Origin: Thalia democratica
Taxonomy: Eukaryota
Reading direction: 5' to 3'
Assembly (NCBI GenBank): GCA_965202585.1
Contig: CBDBBG010000078.1
Coordinates: forward strand, 1-64,000
Length of the DNA stretch: 64,000 nt
A program made the translations under genes and the position numbers. The notes under the pieces are model-generated. The model did not search any database. It was not told the origin of the DNA and saw only the letters and a program-made list of their open reading frames with translations. Shown here in pieces: positions 11,846 to 24,797 of the stretch; within the stretch, counting starts at the first letter, position 1; every line of letters begins with the position of its first letter.

Positions 11846-13188
11846 CTAAAACACGTTTTAACTGTAATTAATTTCTTTTATAATTGACATTTTGTACTAT
11901 AATTTTATGCATGTGAAGTAGTTTTAATTAAAAAAACATTAAAGTTTTAAACGTTTCTTGCTTCAAAAAAAAAGTTTTTTAAGAAACAAGATGACTGCTG
12001 TATAATAATTCTTTTGAAAACTGATGTTTGAACTAATTATTAAAACAAAATTACTTTTCTAGAACGAAAGAGTTTAAAGCTAATTATAAAATACAAAATT
12101 ATTCGTTTTTATCAAATTTTTGTTAAAGATTAAAAATTTTTTTTATAAAGTTCTTATTAGATTTCATAAATTATTTGCATCTAAATAAATACTCTTACAA
12201 CTTATTGGATTTAATATATTTTACTAAAAACGCAACTAAGTTTTGAATAACAGTTGTTATACGCTGTAATAATACTTATAGTTTCAATACATTTTAAGAA
12301 ATAAACTTAAGTAACTTATAAAAATATTTAAACACATTACAAAAATAACTAGACTAAGTTATCGTAAACAAACTTTGCAGTATAATGAAATATGTTAATC
12401 ATAATTATTATGTAAAACATCAAGATTATTTAATAGCGATTATTCTTTAGTGTTACTATACACATGAATTTATACTTTTTAGAAGTGACTAGTTATTAAA
12501 AATGTGAACTTTTTATTCATACTAAAAAAATTTTGTAAGTTTGTTTCTTTTTGGAGAAACAAAATATTGTTTATATATTTCAAAATTCATATAAAGTAAG
12601 GTTATTTTCGAGGAGATATTTAATATTTTTCAGTCAAGTAGTTTTTATTAACTACACAGCCAATGTAACTGCTTTAAAAGTGTATACAAGTTAAGCAAAA
12701 CATTATAGAAGAATAAAATATACTAAAAAAAATATTTTAGTAATATTTATCAATAATTTAAATTATTTAGAAGCTAAGTAACTGTTGAACTAGATCAAAA
12801 TATTAAAATACTTTTTTTTTTGTCAAACTAAAGTATTATAAAACTTAAAGTAATCGTTAAAAATAAAGTTTTTTATAATTACTTTAAACTTACAACAAAA
12901 AATGAAATAATACTAGAAACTGAATTTTTAAACAAATAAAAACTTTTTGATTAATTGCTTTTTTGCTTTTAATAGCTTAACAATAATTATCAGCTCACAT
13001 GTTCAATTGAAGTTGATCACATAACTTTACAAATAGTATATAAACTGTTAGTTTAAAAACTTCAAATTAGAACTAGTATCATTAAAACTAAATTAAACAA
13101 ATTCTAAGGAAGTGAACAGTTTATAACTAAGCTTTTATAAGACATAAATTTTAAATTAATTGTTTTTCAGGTTATAGTTCAGTCAAAT

Positions 13189-14528
13189 ATGAAATTGATC
13201 TTTAGTTTAATAGTTCTCACAAATTTCATGGTTGCTATATTTGGATTGGGTCCTACGCCTGAATTTATTGTTAGTTCAGTCAAATTTTATCATATATTTA
13301 TTTGTTTCAAACATAAAAGTTTAATTAAAGTTGTCAGCTATCTGTTTTAATATTTATGTCATGAATATAAAATTTTCTTTTAAAGTTTACAAGTGACTAA
13401 TGTTATATTCATATAAATCTTTGAATAACTGCAACAGGTTGACAATAAACAGCAAAATGGACCCATCAGTTAGTAACTTACTATTTGCAAATTAAAAAAC
13501 TATTTCATACAATTAGTCTTTTGTTTAAAACTTAATATAGATGTTTATTGATATGCTCAAAAGCATTTGAATTATTATACAGCAGTCATCTTGTTTCTTA
13601 AAAATTTTTTTTTGAAGCAAGAAACTTTTTAAAATTTAATTTTTTTTTAATAAAAACTACTTCACATGCAAAAAATTATAGTACAGAATGTAAATTATGA
13701 AAGAAATTAATTACAGTTAAAACATGTTTTAGGTCTACAAAGCGCTTGTTCAAAGACCACTACTGAAGAAGACGGATGCATATTAGCTTATGCTGTGCCC
13801 GAAAGTGAGTAATGAAAAATAGTTGGATCATTTTAAATTGTTTATTATAATCATTTGAACAGGTAACTGTCAGTTGACAATCGGTACACAACTCTCCGTG
13901 GTAACAGGCGACAAACAGCGCCACCTAGCGAGCGTATTCGCCAGAAAACCTGCCGAAGGTAGCTATAGTTTTGTTATTGGCTCGTATTAAATAAGCACAC
14001 TGATTTTATTATTTTTACAGAAGAGTTCTGTGGGGAGTGCAACGGAAAATGTTACGAGGTGGAAGTTGTGTTGGAAAGCGGAGATTTCATCGACGGTCTG
14101 CCGATTTGTGACAAATTTCACCACATCTGCCCAAGTAGTTTCCCTTTTTCATTAAAAATTGAACATGTTGAGTTATTATAATATTATTTTATGAAGGTTC
14201 ACAAGTTGTTAAAAGTAGTCCATGTTTTCAGGTTTTATTAGAAATAGTTTAGATCGTTTGTTTATAGGAAACTAAACTATATTTCATATTATTGATTCAG
14301 CATGGTAAAATTTCATATGTAAGTTGTTGAAAGTAATCAAATTTTTAAGGTTTTAATGGAATTAGTTTTACTGTTCAATAAGAAAATTTATTAGTCCACT
14401 ATTCTTATTAAATTTAATAACAAAATAACAATGAAGCTTACAATATAAAACAAAAACTATTTATTTTTTCAGGGTACACATTCATGGAATGGGAAGCTGT
14501 AATTTATATTTCACTTTATTTGTATTAG
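13189..14528 (+). CDS. Cys-rich secreted/type-I membrane protein, copy B; frameshift in TM exon
   Basis: Exons 13189-13269 (signal-peptide-like MKLIFSLIVLTNFMVAIFG), 13438-13468, 13733-13804, 13863-13958, 14021-14134, 14473-14528. The last exon has one base fewer than A and C in the G-run at about 14491-14494, so it ends ...MEWEAVIYISLYLY* (149 aa). The homologous frame would run to TAA at 14576-14578. Confidence 0.75.
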
Positions 14529-15871
14529 TTCTTTCGCTTTACATATTGATTAAGTTTGTAGCTACATTAGAAGTATAATTTTAAAAAAACATGACTTTGT
14601 TTACTGCTTTAAATTTCGTTACTTTTTGTTAGAAATGTTTTTTCGTTATATAACAGCTACTTTTGTTGGTATTCATTATGTTTTGCTTAGTATAAAATAA
14701 ATGCGCACAAAAATATAAATGTTATTTTTTATTCAAGTAGTAAATCTTAGATTTTTAAATTAACTATGGAATGAGACTACACTTCTGAAAATGAGTAAAA
14801 AGTAACTGGAAGTAGATCTGTTTTGTAGTAAATAAAACCTCTGTAACGTCGAAATTAGGTTTGAGCTTTATTCTAAAAATTTAAAACAAAAGTTCTTAGT
14901 TTGTTCATAAAAAAAAATTCCATCAATTTTTAATTAGTACAAACGTTTTGAAATAACTTTGCAACATAAAGTTAAGGGATTTGTCAAGAAAATCCAGTTT
15001 ATTAATAAAACTCGTAACAAACTATACATACATTAGTTTTTAATGGTTAGGCGTAGACCGTAAAGTTCTTAACAATATACTTTTGTTTTAGTTATACGGG
15101 GAGTGTAAAAAAAATACTTTTAGTAAAAGCTTTTTGTCGGTGTTGATCAACTTACAGTTAAACTCTTGCTTGTAATTAGAGCATTCTTATGTTATTTAAA
15201 CCTGGAAAGCTTTCTTTAAAACAAGTATCTATATGATATATTCAGAATATTTAAATTTTTTTCATAAAATAAAAGGAAAATTTTCAACTATTGTCTACCT
15301 AACATTGTTTTAAATATAAGTTAAATATAGTGTTTTAAGATTTTTATATACACAGAACATTCATTTTGTAAACAATTAGTTATCAAGTAGATCTATTCAT
15401 CGTTTTTTTTGTTCTAACTAACTTGAGAATCAAACAACATCGATTACAGTAACAGATTAATGTTTGGTTAAGATATACATCTACATAAACGATAAAGTTT
15501 TTATATTTAGATAATATTTAATAAATTTAAACTACAAATACCTCAACAAAATACTTTTCTGTGGTCTTTAGTTTTAAATTAAAATTTTTATTTATTTTCA
15601 GTTTAAGAAAACAAACTCTAAGGCACTTAGGTTACCTTTAAGAAATTAAAGTAATTTTAATAAACTTTATTCAACACGAAAACTAAGTCCTTTTTTTAAG
15701 AAGAAATCAAAAGTATAGTTTAGTAATATTTAAACAAATTTATTTTTACCATACTTAAGCACTTAAACAACTTTATTTTTTTAAAATCTAATACTATAAA
15801 TCTGTAGAAACTAAATTAAAACACTTTTTTTTTCTTTATATTATAACATTCAACAAAACATTACAACAAAT

Positions 15872-17467
15872 TTATTCTTTTTTTCTGTTTTCTCCTACAA
15901 AATTGTCCACACTACAGACTTGCCAATAAACGCGTGATTTCCAGCATTTTTTAGCTGCGCTTCCTATTTCCCACACAAACCTGAAAGTAGAAGGAACTTC
16001 ATTTTATTTCAATTATAATTTTGAAATATTTAAAAATAGAACTTTGTTTGAGCAAACAAACAAAAACTCTTCTTAAAAGTTTTAAAACGAGCAGTATTTA
16101 CCTGAAGGTATAAAACCAGCCAATGAAATAGATAGCGAGAAAAACTTTTTCCGACCATAAAAAGTTTTTTGGGTAGGTGAATCTCTGGTAAATTTCTGGA
16201 GTAAAGTTAAAAACAAGGTAAACAATATTAAGTCCTGCAAAAACCAAATAAATGTTTCTGAAAAAATTGGTTTTCTTTGACAAGTCGTTGAAAAACACGT
16301 TGAGTACTTGTGCGGCGGTTGGCATTGATTTCTCGTAAGTCACAGCGAACCTGCGATATAAAAAAATATTGTTGTCGATTGTTTTATTATTAGTGTTTTG
16401 TCAATATCGATAAAATGTAGTAATTTTAATTAGCACTGTGCTTTCTGTAATTTAAATTTTGAGATAAAAAAATATTATGAAAGTTAAGAAATATTTTTTG
16501 CAAAAAAGAAAATTTAGAATCGATTAAAGTGCTAAAAAATTTTAAAAAGTTTTTTTATATTTACCCTTTAGTACCCCATTTTTAACAAAAATAAATTACT
16601 CAAAAAATTATTTTATTTCAAATATTTTTACTAAGTTTCGCAAAATCAAATTAATTTACTGGCAATGATCATTTCACTCTAGTTTTGCAGATGTGAATTT
16701 CAAAAGATAAATTTATAAGTTAGTTAAAATAGTTGACATAAAACTTTGTATTGCAAATATCGCATGTCGGTTCCAAATGTTCTTCTTTTTTTAATTTCCT
16801 TTTCCTCTCAATCCATTCAATTAGGCAGCTCTCGTGGACATACTTGTTTCCTCCTAAAATTAATTTAAAAAATAATTTGTTGGATTTTTTTAAAGGTTTT
16901 GCCGTTGATATTTTAGGTAACTTAATAAATTTAATTGAAAGGTACTTTTAGGTTATACGATTTTTATTTATATTAAACCATTGAAAGTTGTAAACTGATA
17001 TAAGTTTAAATGATGTATAAAATATTTAAGTATTCAGTTTAAAACGAACCAGCGCATTTGCAGGGACTTATAAGGCGATCATCATCTTCAGCAAGACAAA
17101 TGTAGCAGCCTATATTACAGTTTTTACTTGTTTGTTAAATCTTATTATTTTAGTTTATTTCAAATAGAGGTGTCCTGGTGACGGTTTTGAATGTTGCGAG
17201 ATCGAAATCGGTATTTGACACAAAAACAAAATAAAAAGCTTAAAGGGACAATCGGAAAATTCATTCGAAATTCTAGTAATAAGAACAAATAAAAAATTCG
17301 TCGTTTATGTTATTGAAATAATAGTTTTACTCGGAAAGGTTATGAATCATTGAGTTTTATTTTATTTCATCTGTTTATTAAACGTAAAAACAAAGTTACT
17401 TTTATTTAACTTACTTTAAGAAAACTTTTAAACATGACTTTTAAACTGTACCTTTTGTTGTTTTCAT
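15872..17467 (-). CDS. MARCH-type RING-CH E3 ligase, copy B, 180 aa
   Basis: Minus-strand exons 17467-17452, 17109-17050, 16853-16745, 16350-16102, 15980-15872. All are open, with splice sites at homologous positions. There is a 3-nt in-frame deletion in exon 4. Confidence 0.87.
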
Positions 17468-18643
17468 TTCTTTTGTTCAATGTACTATTTAACAGAAGCC
17501 CTGTTTCTTTAAGTAATTATTAGTTTGCCAAAACCTTTAATCAATCTGATAAAAAAAGTCCAAGTGTAGAATAAAGCAGTAAAATGTTTTTGTGATGTAA
17601 GATCAAAAATATATAAAATAAATAAATAAAAAACTTCAATCAAGCTAACCGATCATACCACTTTTTTATTTACAAAAAGAACAAAATGATACTTCATGAC
17701 ATTTGAAAAGTTTTTATATTAAGGATTACGTTAAACTTAAGAAAATAAATAACTTATGTATCCAAAAAATTTATTTATCGGTTGACTACTTGTACTTATA
17801 GCTTTTAAAATAAAATTAAATACCTTCGAAATTACAACTAAAAGTTCTACATTTTTTTCGGAACCCAAATACATCAACCCAATAAACCCAAATTAAAAAA
17901 AATATATTTAATTTAACTTCTATCATTTTGCTATTACATTTTGTAAAAATCATACTTTAATATTTTGTTATTTTGTTATTTTACTCAAACTACTTCTTAA
18001 TTTAAAATGAATGTCATTAATTTGGTTTGTAAATTTAACGTCTTTGTATTTGCATAACATTGACACACAACAACTTTTATCGCTTTAAAATGAGTGTTTT
18101 CAAAAATTTAATGATAAAGTATAAATATTTTATTATCTAGTGTTTTTCTTAATTTACTTTTCTATTACAGAAAAAAATTGTCAAGCTTAACTTTTTTTTA
18201 TTTCTTGTGTTATTTACTTTAGTAATTAAAGCATGTTTAGCCTAAAGTTTTAAATTTTTCTAGTAAATATTATCTTATCATTTATTTACATTATACTTAT
18301 TAAAATTTCTAACTGCCTGTTCTAAAATTTGAAACTTTTCAGTACTCTAATTTAGTTTGGGATTTTCAGTTGTTAGAGCCAAAACTTGATTTATGGAATT
18401 ATCAAAAAAATTGAAAGTTAATGACAAAACAAATTTTGACATTAAAACATTTCTTTTATTATTCAACAGTAAAGTGATGAAAATAACTTTTTAGTTTAGT
18501 TTTAACCACTAGAGGTGTTATAAAACTTATAAGGTTTTAATTTTGGTCAACACATTATCATTATTTAAAACTCACAAAGCCAACAGCCAAGGTTGATACT
18601 GAGTTTCATATATAATTATTTTATAACGAGGGTTACTTTGGCT

Positions 18644-19673
18644 CGAATAATTTTTTTTGAAATTTTTAAAAATGTCCAAACTATAGATCTAAACATTTCT
18701 TTTATCTTTAAGCTAACTTGAAAACTTTTTTTTTACTCTAAAGAACGTTCTTTTTCCTTAAATTAAAAAAAAAATCAATCTAACTAGGGTTTTAATTATT
18801 TAGTGGAACTACTTTAAAACTTTGAAGTTTTTTTAATTTTTTTTCTTTTTTTAGCTCTCTCAAAAAGTTTAATAATATTATATTACTTTTTAATTCAGTT
18901 ATTAAACTAAGCTTATTATTTAATTTTTTGTTTTATTTTCTAAATTATTTTTATAAAAAATATGAAATTTTTCCTCTATTTTTTTTTTGTCTCAAAATGT
19001 TCAAATTTATCATGGTTTTACTAAAAAATATAAAACTTTAATTAAAAGGAATTTTAATATGGTTATTTAATAAAGTTTTATGTCAAATAAGTATAGATTT
19101 ACCATTTTTTTAGTTTTTATATTATATGATCTATTCAAGTTTTACATAAATTCATTGCACATGAACTAGAAGTCCCTCAAATAGTGTAAACTATGCTATG
19201 AATTTATGTAAAAGTTGCATAGGTCATATAAAAAAAACAAAATCAGAAACATTAATATTTCCTTAGTATGAAACTTAGTTGAACAAGCACACTATGCATA
19301 TTTCCAAAAATTATATATTTTAAATTATGATAAATTTGAAAATTTTGGAAAAAAAAAAAAAAGATCTTATCTTATAAGAATAAAAATTTGAGATAAAAAA
19401 AAAATTCTTAATAATAAATTTAGTTTAATACGTAAGTGAAAAAAAAAATATTTTATATTTTCGAGAAAAAATAAAATAAGTAAAAAAATTGAAAAAAGTA
19501 AAATTTTTAAAAAGGCTCTACTCAAAAATTCAAAGTCCAATCAGATATTTTTTTGAATTAAAAGCATAGAAAACTTTTCCAGAGTAAGTAAATTCTAAAT
19601 AAGCTTTAAAGATAAGAAAAATAATTGTATATCAATTTTAGACATTTTTAAAAAATGCAAAAAAAGCTATTCG
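18644..19673. repeat. Foldback element, copy B
   Basis: Homolog of 4193-5229 inside the inverted unit. Confidence 0.75.
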
Positions 19674-20272
19674 TAACTTTTGTAATTTTGTATAACTAAA
19701 TAAATAGATTAAAAATATCATAACTGAATAATTAGCTATATAAATTTTTCAATCCTATTACAGCTCAGGATAACTCAGGATACTTAATCTTTATTTTTTC
19801 TGACTCAACATGGATTTGATTTATAGTAAGAACTCAGGGTAGTTTTAAGATTTTTTTAAATCACAAGAAAAAATTTTTCTTTAAAATTAATACGAAAATA
19901 AATTATATAGTTTTAATGTTTTATTTTTTTATAGTTTATTTTGTAAAAAAAACTTGATTTTTATTAGTTATGAAAAGTAAATTTAAATATTTAAAAAAAA
20001 TCAGGATTACCCAGGGCAGTTTTTGGTCTATCAAGAGAGTTTAGAAAAGTCTTCAACAGGTTTGTATACACATGAAATTGGTTTAGATTAGATAATTTTG
20101 AGAAAATAAAAAACTAAAAAATGTGCAGAAGATAGTTTTCTTATAATAGAACAGTATTTCTATAATTATTTTTCTAGGTACATTTATACAAACTGTTTTA
20201 GCTCAAAAACTGTGTACACTTGTATATGAAAAATTATTTATAATTTAACAAATCAACAAACAGCTGCTGCTA

Positions 20273-20693
20273 CAGGTTTGCCACTCTTTGAGTCAAAAAA
20301 TCTTTTCTGAGTGATCACAAGTTTCCCTGACTAACCCTAATCTTCACTATTTTTTTTTTTAATTACTTAAAATTTTTATAATTTACTAAAAATTTAAAAT
20401 TTTAAATCAAAGAATATTAAAAAACTAGCCAAAAGGCTTAAAAATTTCTAAATACACACTTAAAAATAAATAAAATTAACTTTGTTGAACAAAATATTAA
20501 AACTTGATTAACTAAATCTCATTATAAATCTAGGAAAATATTTCCCTAAGATTTTATAAAAATTTTAAATTTTCCCTAAAATTTTAGAAAAAACCAATAC
20601 TGCCCTGAATTTCCCTGAAATTTTTTTAAAGATTTTCTACAACTTAAAGATTCCTTGAGTTTTCTCGAATTCCCTGAGTATTTGGCAACACTG
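20273..20693 (-). mobile_element. Same MITE, copy B
   Basis: Reverse-complement homolog with the same TIRs and CTGCTA flanks. Confidence 0.8.
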
Positions 20694-21000
20694 CTGCTAA
20701 TTACTTCAGAAAAAGATAAGCTTTTTTGGACGTAATAAAAAAAACCTCCTGTATGCAAAGTTAAATTTTTTTAATTGTTTGCGTTCTACAGTATTTCCAC
20801 TTTAACATCTTTCTCACTTTTCAAATTGTTTATAACTCCATGTTTTATAATAGTTTTTTTATAGTTCAAGGTTTTCTAGTCATTTTGAAGAGTGTTTTAT
20901 CAAAGTGTTTATAGATTAGTTTTGTTGAAATTTACAATTATAAGTTTGGGTTTACATAACCACCAATTTTCGGTATTAAATTATAAATGTTGTTCTAAGT

Positions 21001-21100
21001 NNNNNNNNNNNNNNNNNNNNNNNNNNNNNNNNNNNNNNNNNNNNNNNNNNNNNNNNNNNNNNNNNNNNNNNNNNNNNNNNNNNNNNNNNNNNNNNNNNNN
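21001..21100. other. Assembly gap (100 N)
   Basis: A run of 100 n. The sequences on either side belong to different repeat families. Confidence 0.99.
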
Positions 21101-21780
21101 CGATAAATGACATTAAGTTGATAGCTGTTAATGAGATTAAATGGTAGTTTATCTTTTTAATGACATGAATTTAGTAAAAAACCAACACAACAAACTTTTT
21201 TTGAACTTTTTTTCTACAGTTTTAAAAAAGTGTAAAAGTTACAAAAACTTTTTTTTCTTTAATGGTTTAAAAATTTTAGAATTAACTTCGTTTTATTTTG
21301 TTTATGATAAAAATTCTAAAAAACGAACTATTTTTAAGTTTTTATCGTCAAACTTTATAACCAAGCACTTTTTATTAACTAAAACATTTAAAACTATTTT
21401 AACATAGTGTTTGTTTATATTTAATAACAGTTATTTAGTTTGAAATAGTTTCCAATAGTTTTACGTTTAGATATATATATATATTTTTAATTATACAAGA
21501 GAAAACTATTCTTAAATACTTAAATACTTTTTCTGTCTAGAAAACTGATCAATATATACTATCTTAGAACAAAAAATAGTTATAAATAATAAATTTTACA
21601 TGTTTATAATCTTTTATTAAAATTGACAACTACTTGTGTGCGTGAGTTTTTCTTAACTAATGTAAAAATTAACTACATAAAAACATATATACTTTTTTTC
21701 TCGTTATTATATTTACATTAAGGTTTTTTTTTAACATAGCTTTTAGTTTTATAAACAAATTTTTGTTGTAAATCTCGCAG

Positions 21781-24700
21781 AAACACAGTTATTGTAGAAG
21801 AAGAAGTAAATTTGTTGAATATCAAAGCTGAAGTTTTGTACGGAACATTAGTTGAAATACTCGGTGGTAATGTCGATCATGCAGAAGTTGAATATATTAT
21901 AAAATTAGTAAGTTTGTTTGAATACAAGAGAAAATTTATAATAAAATAAAATTTAATTCAAAACGTTTTGAATAATATAAAATATCAACAGTTGTGCTTT
22001 TTGACATTATATTGTTTACACTCTTATAAAAAAAAATGAAAAAAAAAAAAATTATAAAAAAGTACTCCGATTTACTTAATTACCTATTTTAGATAGTCTA
22101 AAAACATTTAAATTACCACAAAATTTGTTAGCTAAAACTATAGATATCGATTTTATATAGTATCAATAATAAGTTTGAGCAATACAAAGTTAGTGTACAA
22201 GTGTCTAACTTATCGTTTAGCTCTATTGAGTTTTCCATTAATAAATTGAAGTTATTTAACTAATACAGATTTGTTACTTTTCACTGTTGTTTAAGTTTTT
22301 GTAAAGCAATAGTTTTTAAAATAAAATGCTTTTAATTTATCTGTAAAGTACTATACGCATTGATCATTTTAAAATTATGATTTTTAATTTTTTTATTAAG
22401 CAAAACTACTGTATGAGTAGAAATGGGCAAAGTAAGGCCCGCTAGTATAAGGATTGGAATGTTTGGCCCGCGGTGTAACTTTTAGATTGAGAATTATTTA
22501 TTTAAAGCAATTATTTTTTTTAGAGAGTGTTTTTAATTTGATTCAACTGCAACAAAATGCTTATTAACACCATTTTTATTGAATTTTTTATTTTAAAGAT
22601 TTTTTAAGTATCTTTATAGTACATATTTTTTAAATAACGCTGCTCGATGAAACATTTTCAAACAAACATGGTCCGCAGACTAAAAAAGCCGCCTACCCAA
22701 ATTGAAATATCAACATAATTTTACTACAAAACTGTTATTAATTTCACATAAATTATATAACAAAGAGCCTCCAAGCTCCAAAAAAATATGTATAAATCTG
22801 AATACTGTATCGCTTATGTCATTTAAAAACATTAAGGTTTAATTTAAATTTTACTAAACGTAAATATTTTTAAATAACATATGATCTTTATTGTTAGTAT
22901 ACTTAGCATTATTATAAGTTTCAAGTCCCTTTTTAGGTTTAAATAATGCCACATAATAATAACAGTCCTTAAAACTTAGGATTTTGTTGACTTTTGATGG
23001 TCTAGAACTGTTGTAAAATTTTCTATAAATCGATATAAACATGTTGTACAGAAAAATACATATTGTTATAATTGTAGCTTGTTATAAATACTTAATATTA
23101 ATATACAGTTCGAAACCGATTGTTTTTTTTTAGGTTAGCTTTTTAAACGAAAGCGAAGAAAACGCAAAAGATTCTGAAAATAAAGAAGAACAGTTTATTA
23201 GTGAATCAAGTGGTAGAACTAAGAAGTTAAGTTCTTTAACTTATAGTGACAATGTTTTGTTCAATATTCCAGGGTTGCACGTTCGGTTAAGACAGTTACA
23301 AAATAATGCGCTGATAGCTAAACATATAACAAAAATAGTTGAAAATTAAGTTATCAGCATAACTTATAATTTCTAGGCCTTTTTGAATATTGTTAAACAA
23401 GTAAGGCCTTTATATAACAACTATTATACAAGATTTATTTTTAACTTTTATAAAATTTTATATAAAACTATAAAAAATATTGATAGCTTTTAGTTTATAT
23501 AATTAGTATAATCTAAAACTAACCTTTATCAACCAAGCTGTACAAACGCTGATAAATTTAGACAGCTTGTACCTTTACTTTCAAAAATGCTTTATTTATT
23601 ATTAATGCTAATTTCTCAGCTTTATTCAACCTTTATTACTATTGTAGTCCTCATAATCAACATTCGTCTTATTTTTGTAACTAGTTGTGCAAAAAGTGTG
23701 TTTAGCGTATATATTAAATATGAAGTTACTTGACTTTATTTAAAAAACTAACGCTTATATTTATTAAGATTTTTAAAGTGATGTTAAGCTATAGAAAAAT
23801 AACAGCTATAATATAAAAGATCAATATATTTAAACTAAATATACAACACACGCATATATATATTAATTGTTGTTTATTGAACGACAAAAAAAATCGTTCA
23901 AAATGTTTCGTCCTAAGACCTGGTGCACGAAAAAAATTTTCGGTTATCGAGTCACACAATAAAGATACCTTTTAATGTCCTGTCCGAGAAATATATTATT
24001 ATGTTTCAATTAAAAGTAGTAAAAAAAGTACACTTTTATATTGAATAAAATTTAAGACAAAAAAAGAAAAGTACAAATAATTATTAAAAAGTAAATATTT
24101 TATAAACAAAAGTTGTTTCTGACTTGTTTTTTTAGTAAAATGAGTAAAGAAAACTTAATTAAAAAATATTTGTTTTATTTAATAAATATAAAAAACAAAA
24201 CAGATAACACAAGAGATTCAAGTAAGTTTGAAAGACGAAAGAGACATGAAAAAGACGCGGCAAATCATCATGGAAAGGGAAAAGCTCATCAAAGTCATAC
24301 AGGAGAAATACAATGTCGTCCAAAACTACATGGCTAATTCGAAATCAGCCAAATTAGTCGTTTCAGCTTTGCGCAGTGACGCCAAACTGATCGAACATAT
24401 TTACTCCATGCTGGATGGCGTGTCGGCTTTTGTTGATGATTTGGAGAAGGCTTTGAGAGAAGAAAAAATAAATAAAAGTTCCAGTCAGTTTAAGACTATA
24501 AACTTAAAGAATAATTCAACATTAAACTCCGTACTTGTAAGTTTCGGAAACTACAGTCGTGAAACAACATACAAAAAAGAATCAGTTTCTTATCTTACAA
24601 TAAAATTTGCCAAAAACAAAAACACTTGTAAACAGTTTTCGCAGACTTTTTGTAATTTTTCGGTATGGGAAGAGTTTAGAAAGAATCTTGAAAATAGAAC

Positions 24701-24797
24701 TGCGCTTGCTTTTGAAGACTTGAACAACTTAAAAAAAATACAACAAGATAAAGAGTCGATCAATAGCAAACTAGAAGTAATTTACTACAAAACTTAA
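21781..24797 (+). CDS. Coiled-coil protein of unknown family, copy 1 (5-prime exons not visible, lost or in the gap)
   Basis: Exons 21781-21907, 23134-23337, 24204-24797 are open and in phase (NTVIVEEEV...YIIKL / VSFLNESEEN...ITKI / ITQEIQVSLKDERDMKK...YYKT*). The donor at 23338 is GTTGAA, versus GTGAGT and GTGGGT in the paralogs. Confidence 0.75.
22418..22703 (+). mobile_element. Degenerate hAT/Charlie-like MITE in an intron
   Basis: The left end TGGGCAAAGTAAGGCCCGC and right end GGTCCGC...AAAAAAGCCGCCTACCC resemble Charlie-type termini with GGCCCGC subterminal motifs. No clear TSD. Confidence 0.5.
23881..23975 (+). repeat. Short dispersed repeat fragment, also at about 38701-38792
   Basis: TCCTA(A/G)GACCTGGTG...TTTTC(G/A)GTTATCG...GATACCTTTTAA is shared by the two positions. 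Confidence 0.55.

Larger units (their letters stand above)
1993..12011 (+). repeat. Segmental duplication unit A (left arm of the large inverted repeat)
   Basis: Colinear with 25564-33822 except for the Tigger insertion and small indels. From about 2845 onward it is the reverse complement of 13569-21000. Roughly 80-95% identity by eye. Confidence 0.92.
12012..21000 (-). repeat. Segmental duplication unit B (inverted; includes the 12012-13568 spacer)
   Basis: Reverse complement of unit C from 35365 back to about 26500. It runs into the assembly gap. Confidence 0.92.

Noticed and set aside
14135-14181. Read-through of receptor exon 5 to a TAA at 14179 as the true end of a purely secreted protein
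   Set aside because: A conserved GTAGTT donor and a downstream in-phase TM-coding exon exist in all three copies, and the read-through tail ends differently in C. Intron retention as a minor isoform is not excluded.
21141-21407. ORFs MVVYLFNDM... (21141) and MVIYVLNDM... (58103)
   Set aside because: They lie in an intron of the coiled-coil gene. The frame is broken in the 49.5-kb paralog and the composition is low-complexity F/K/N.
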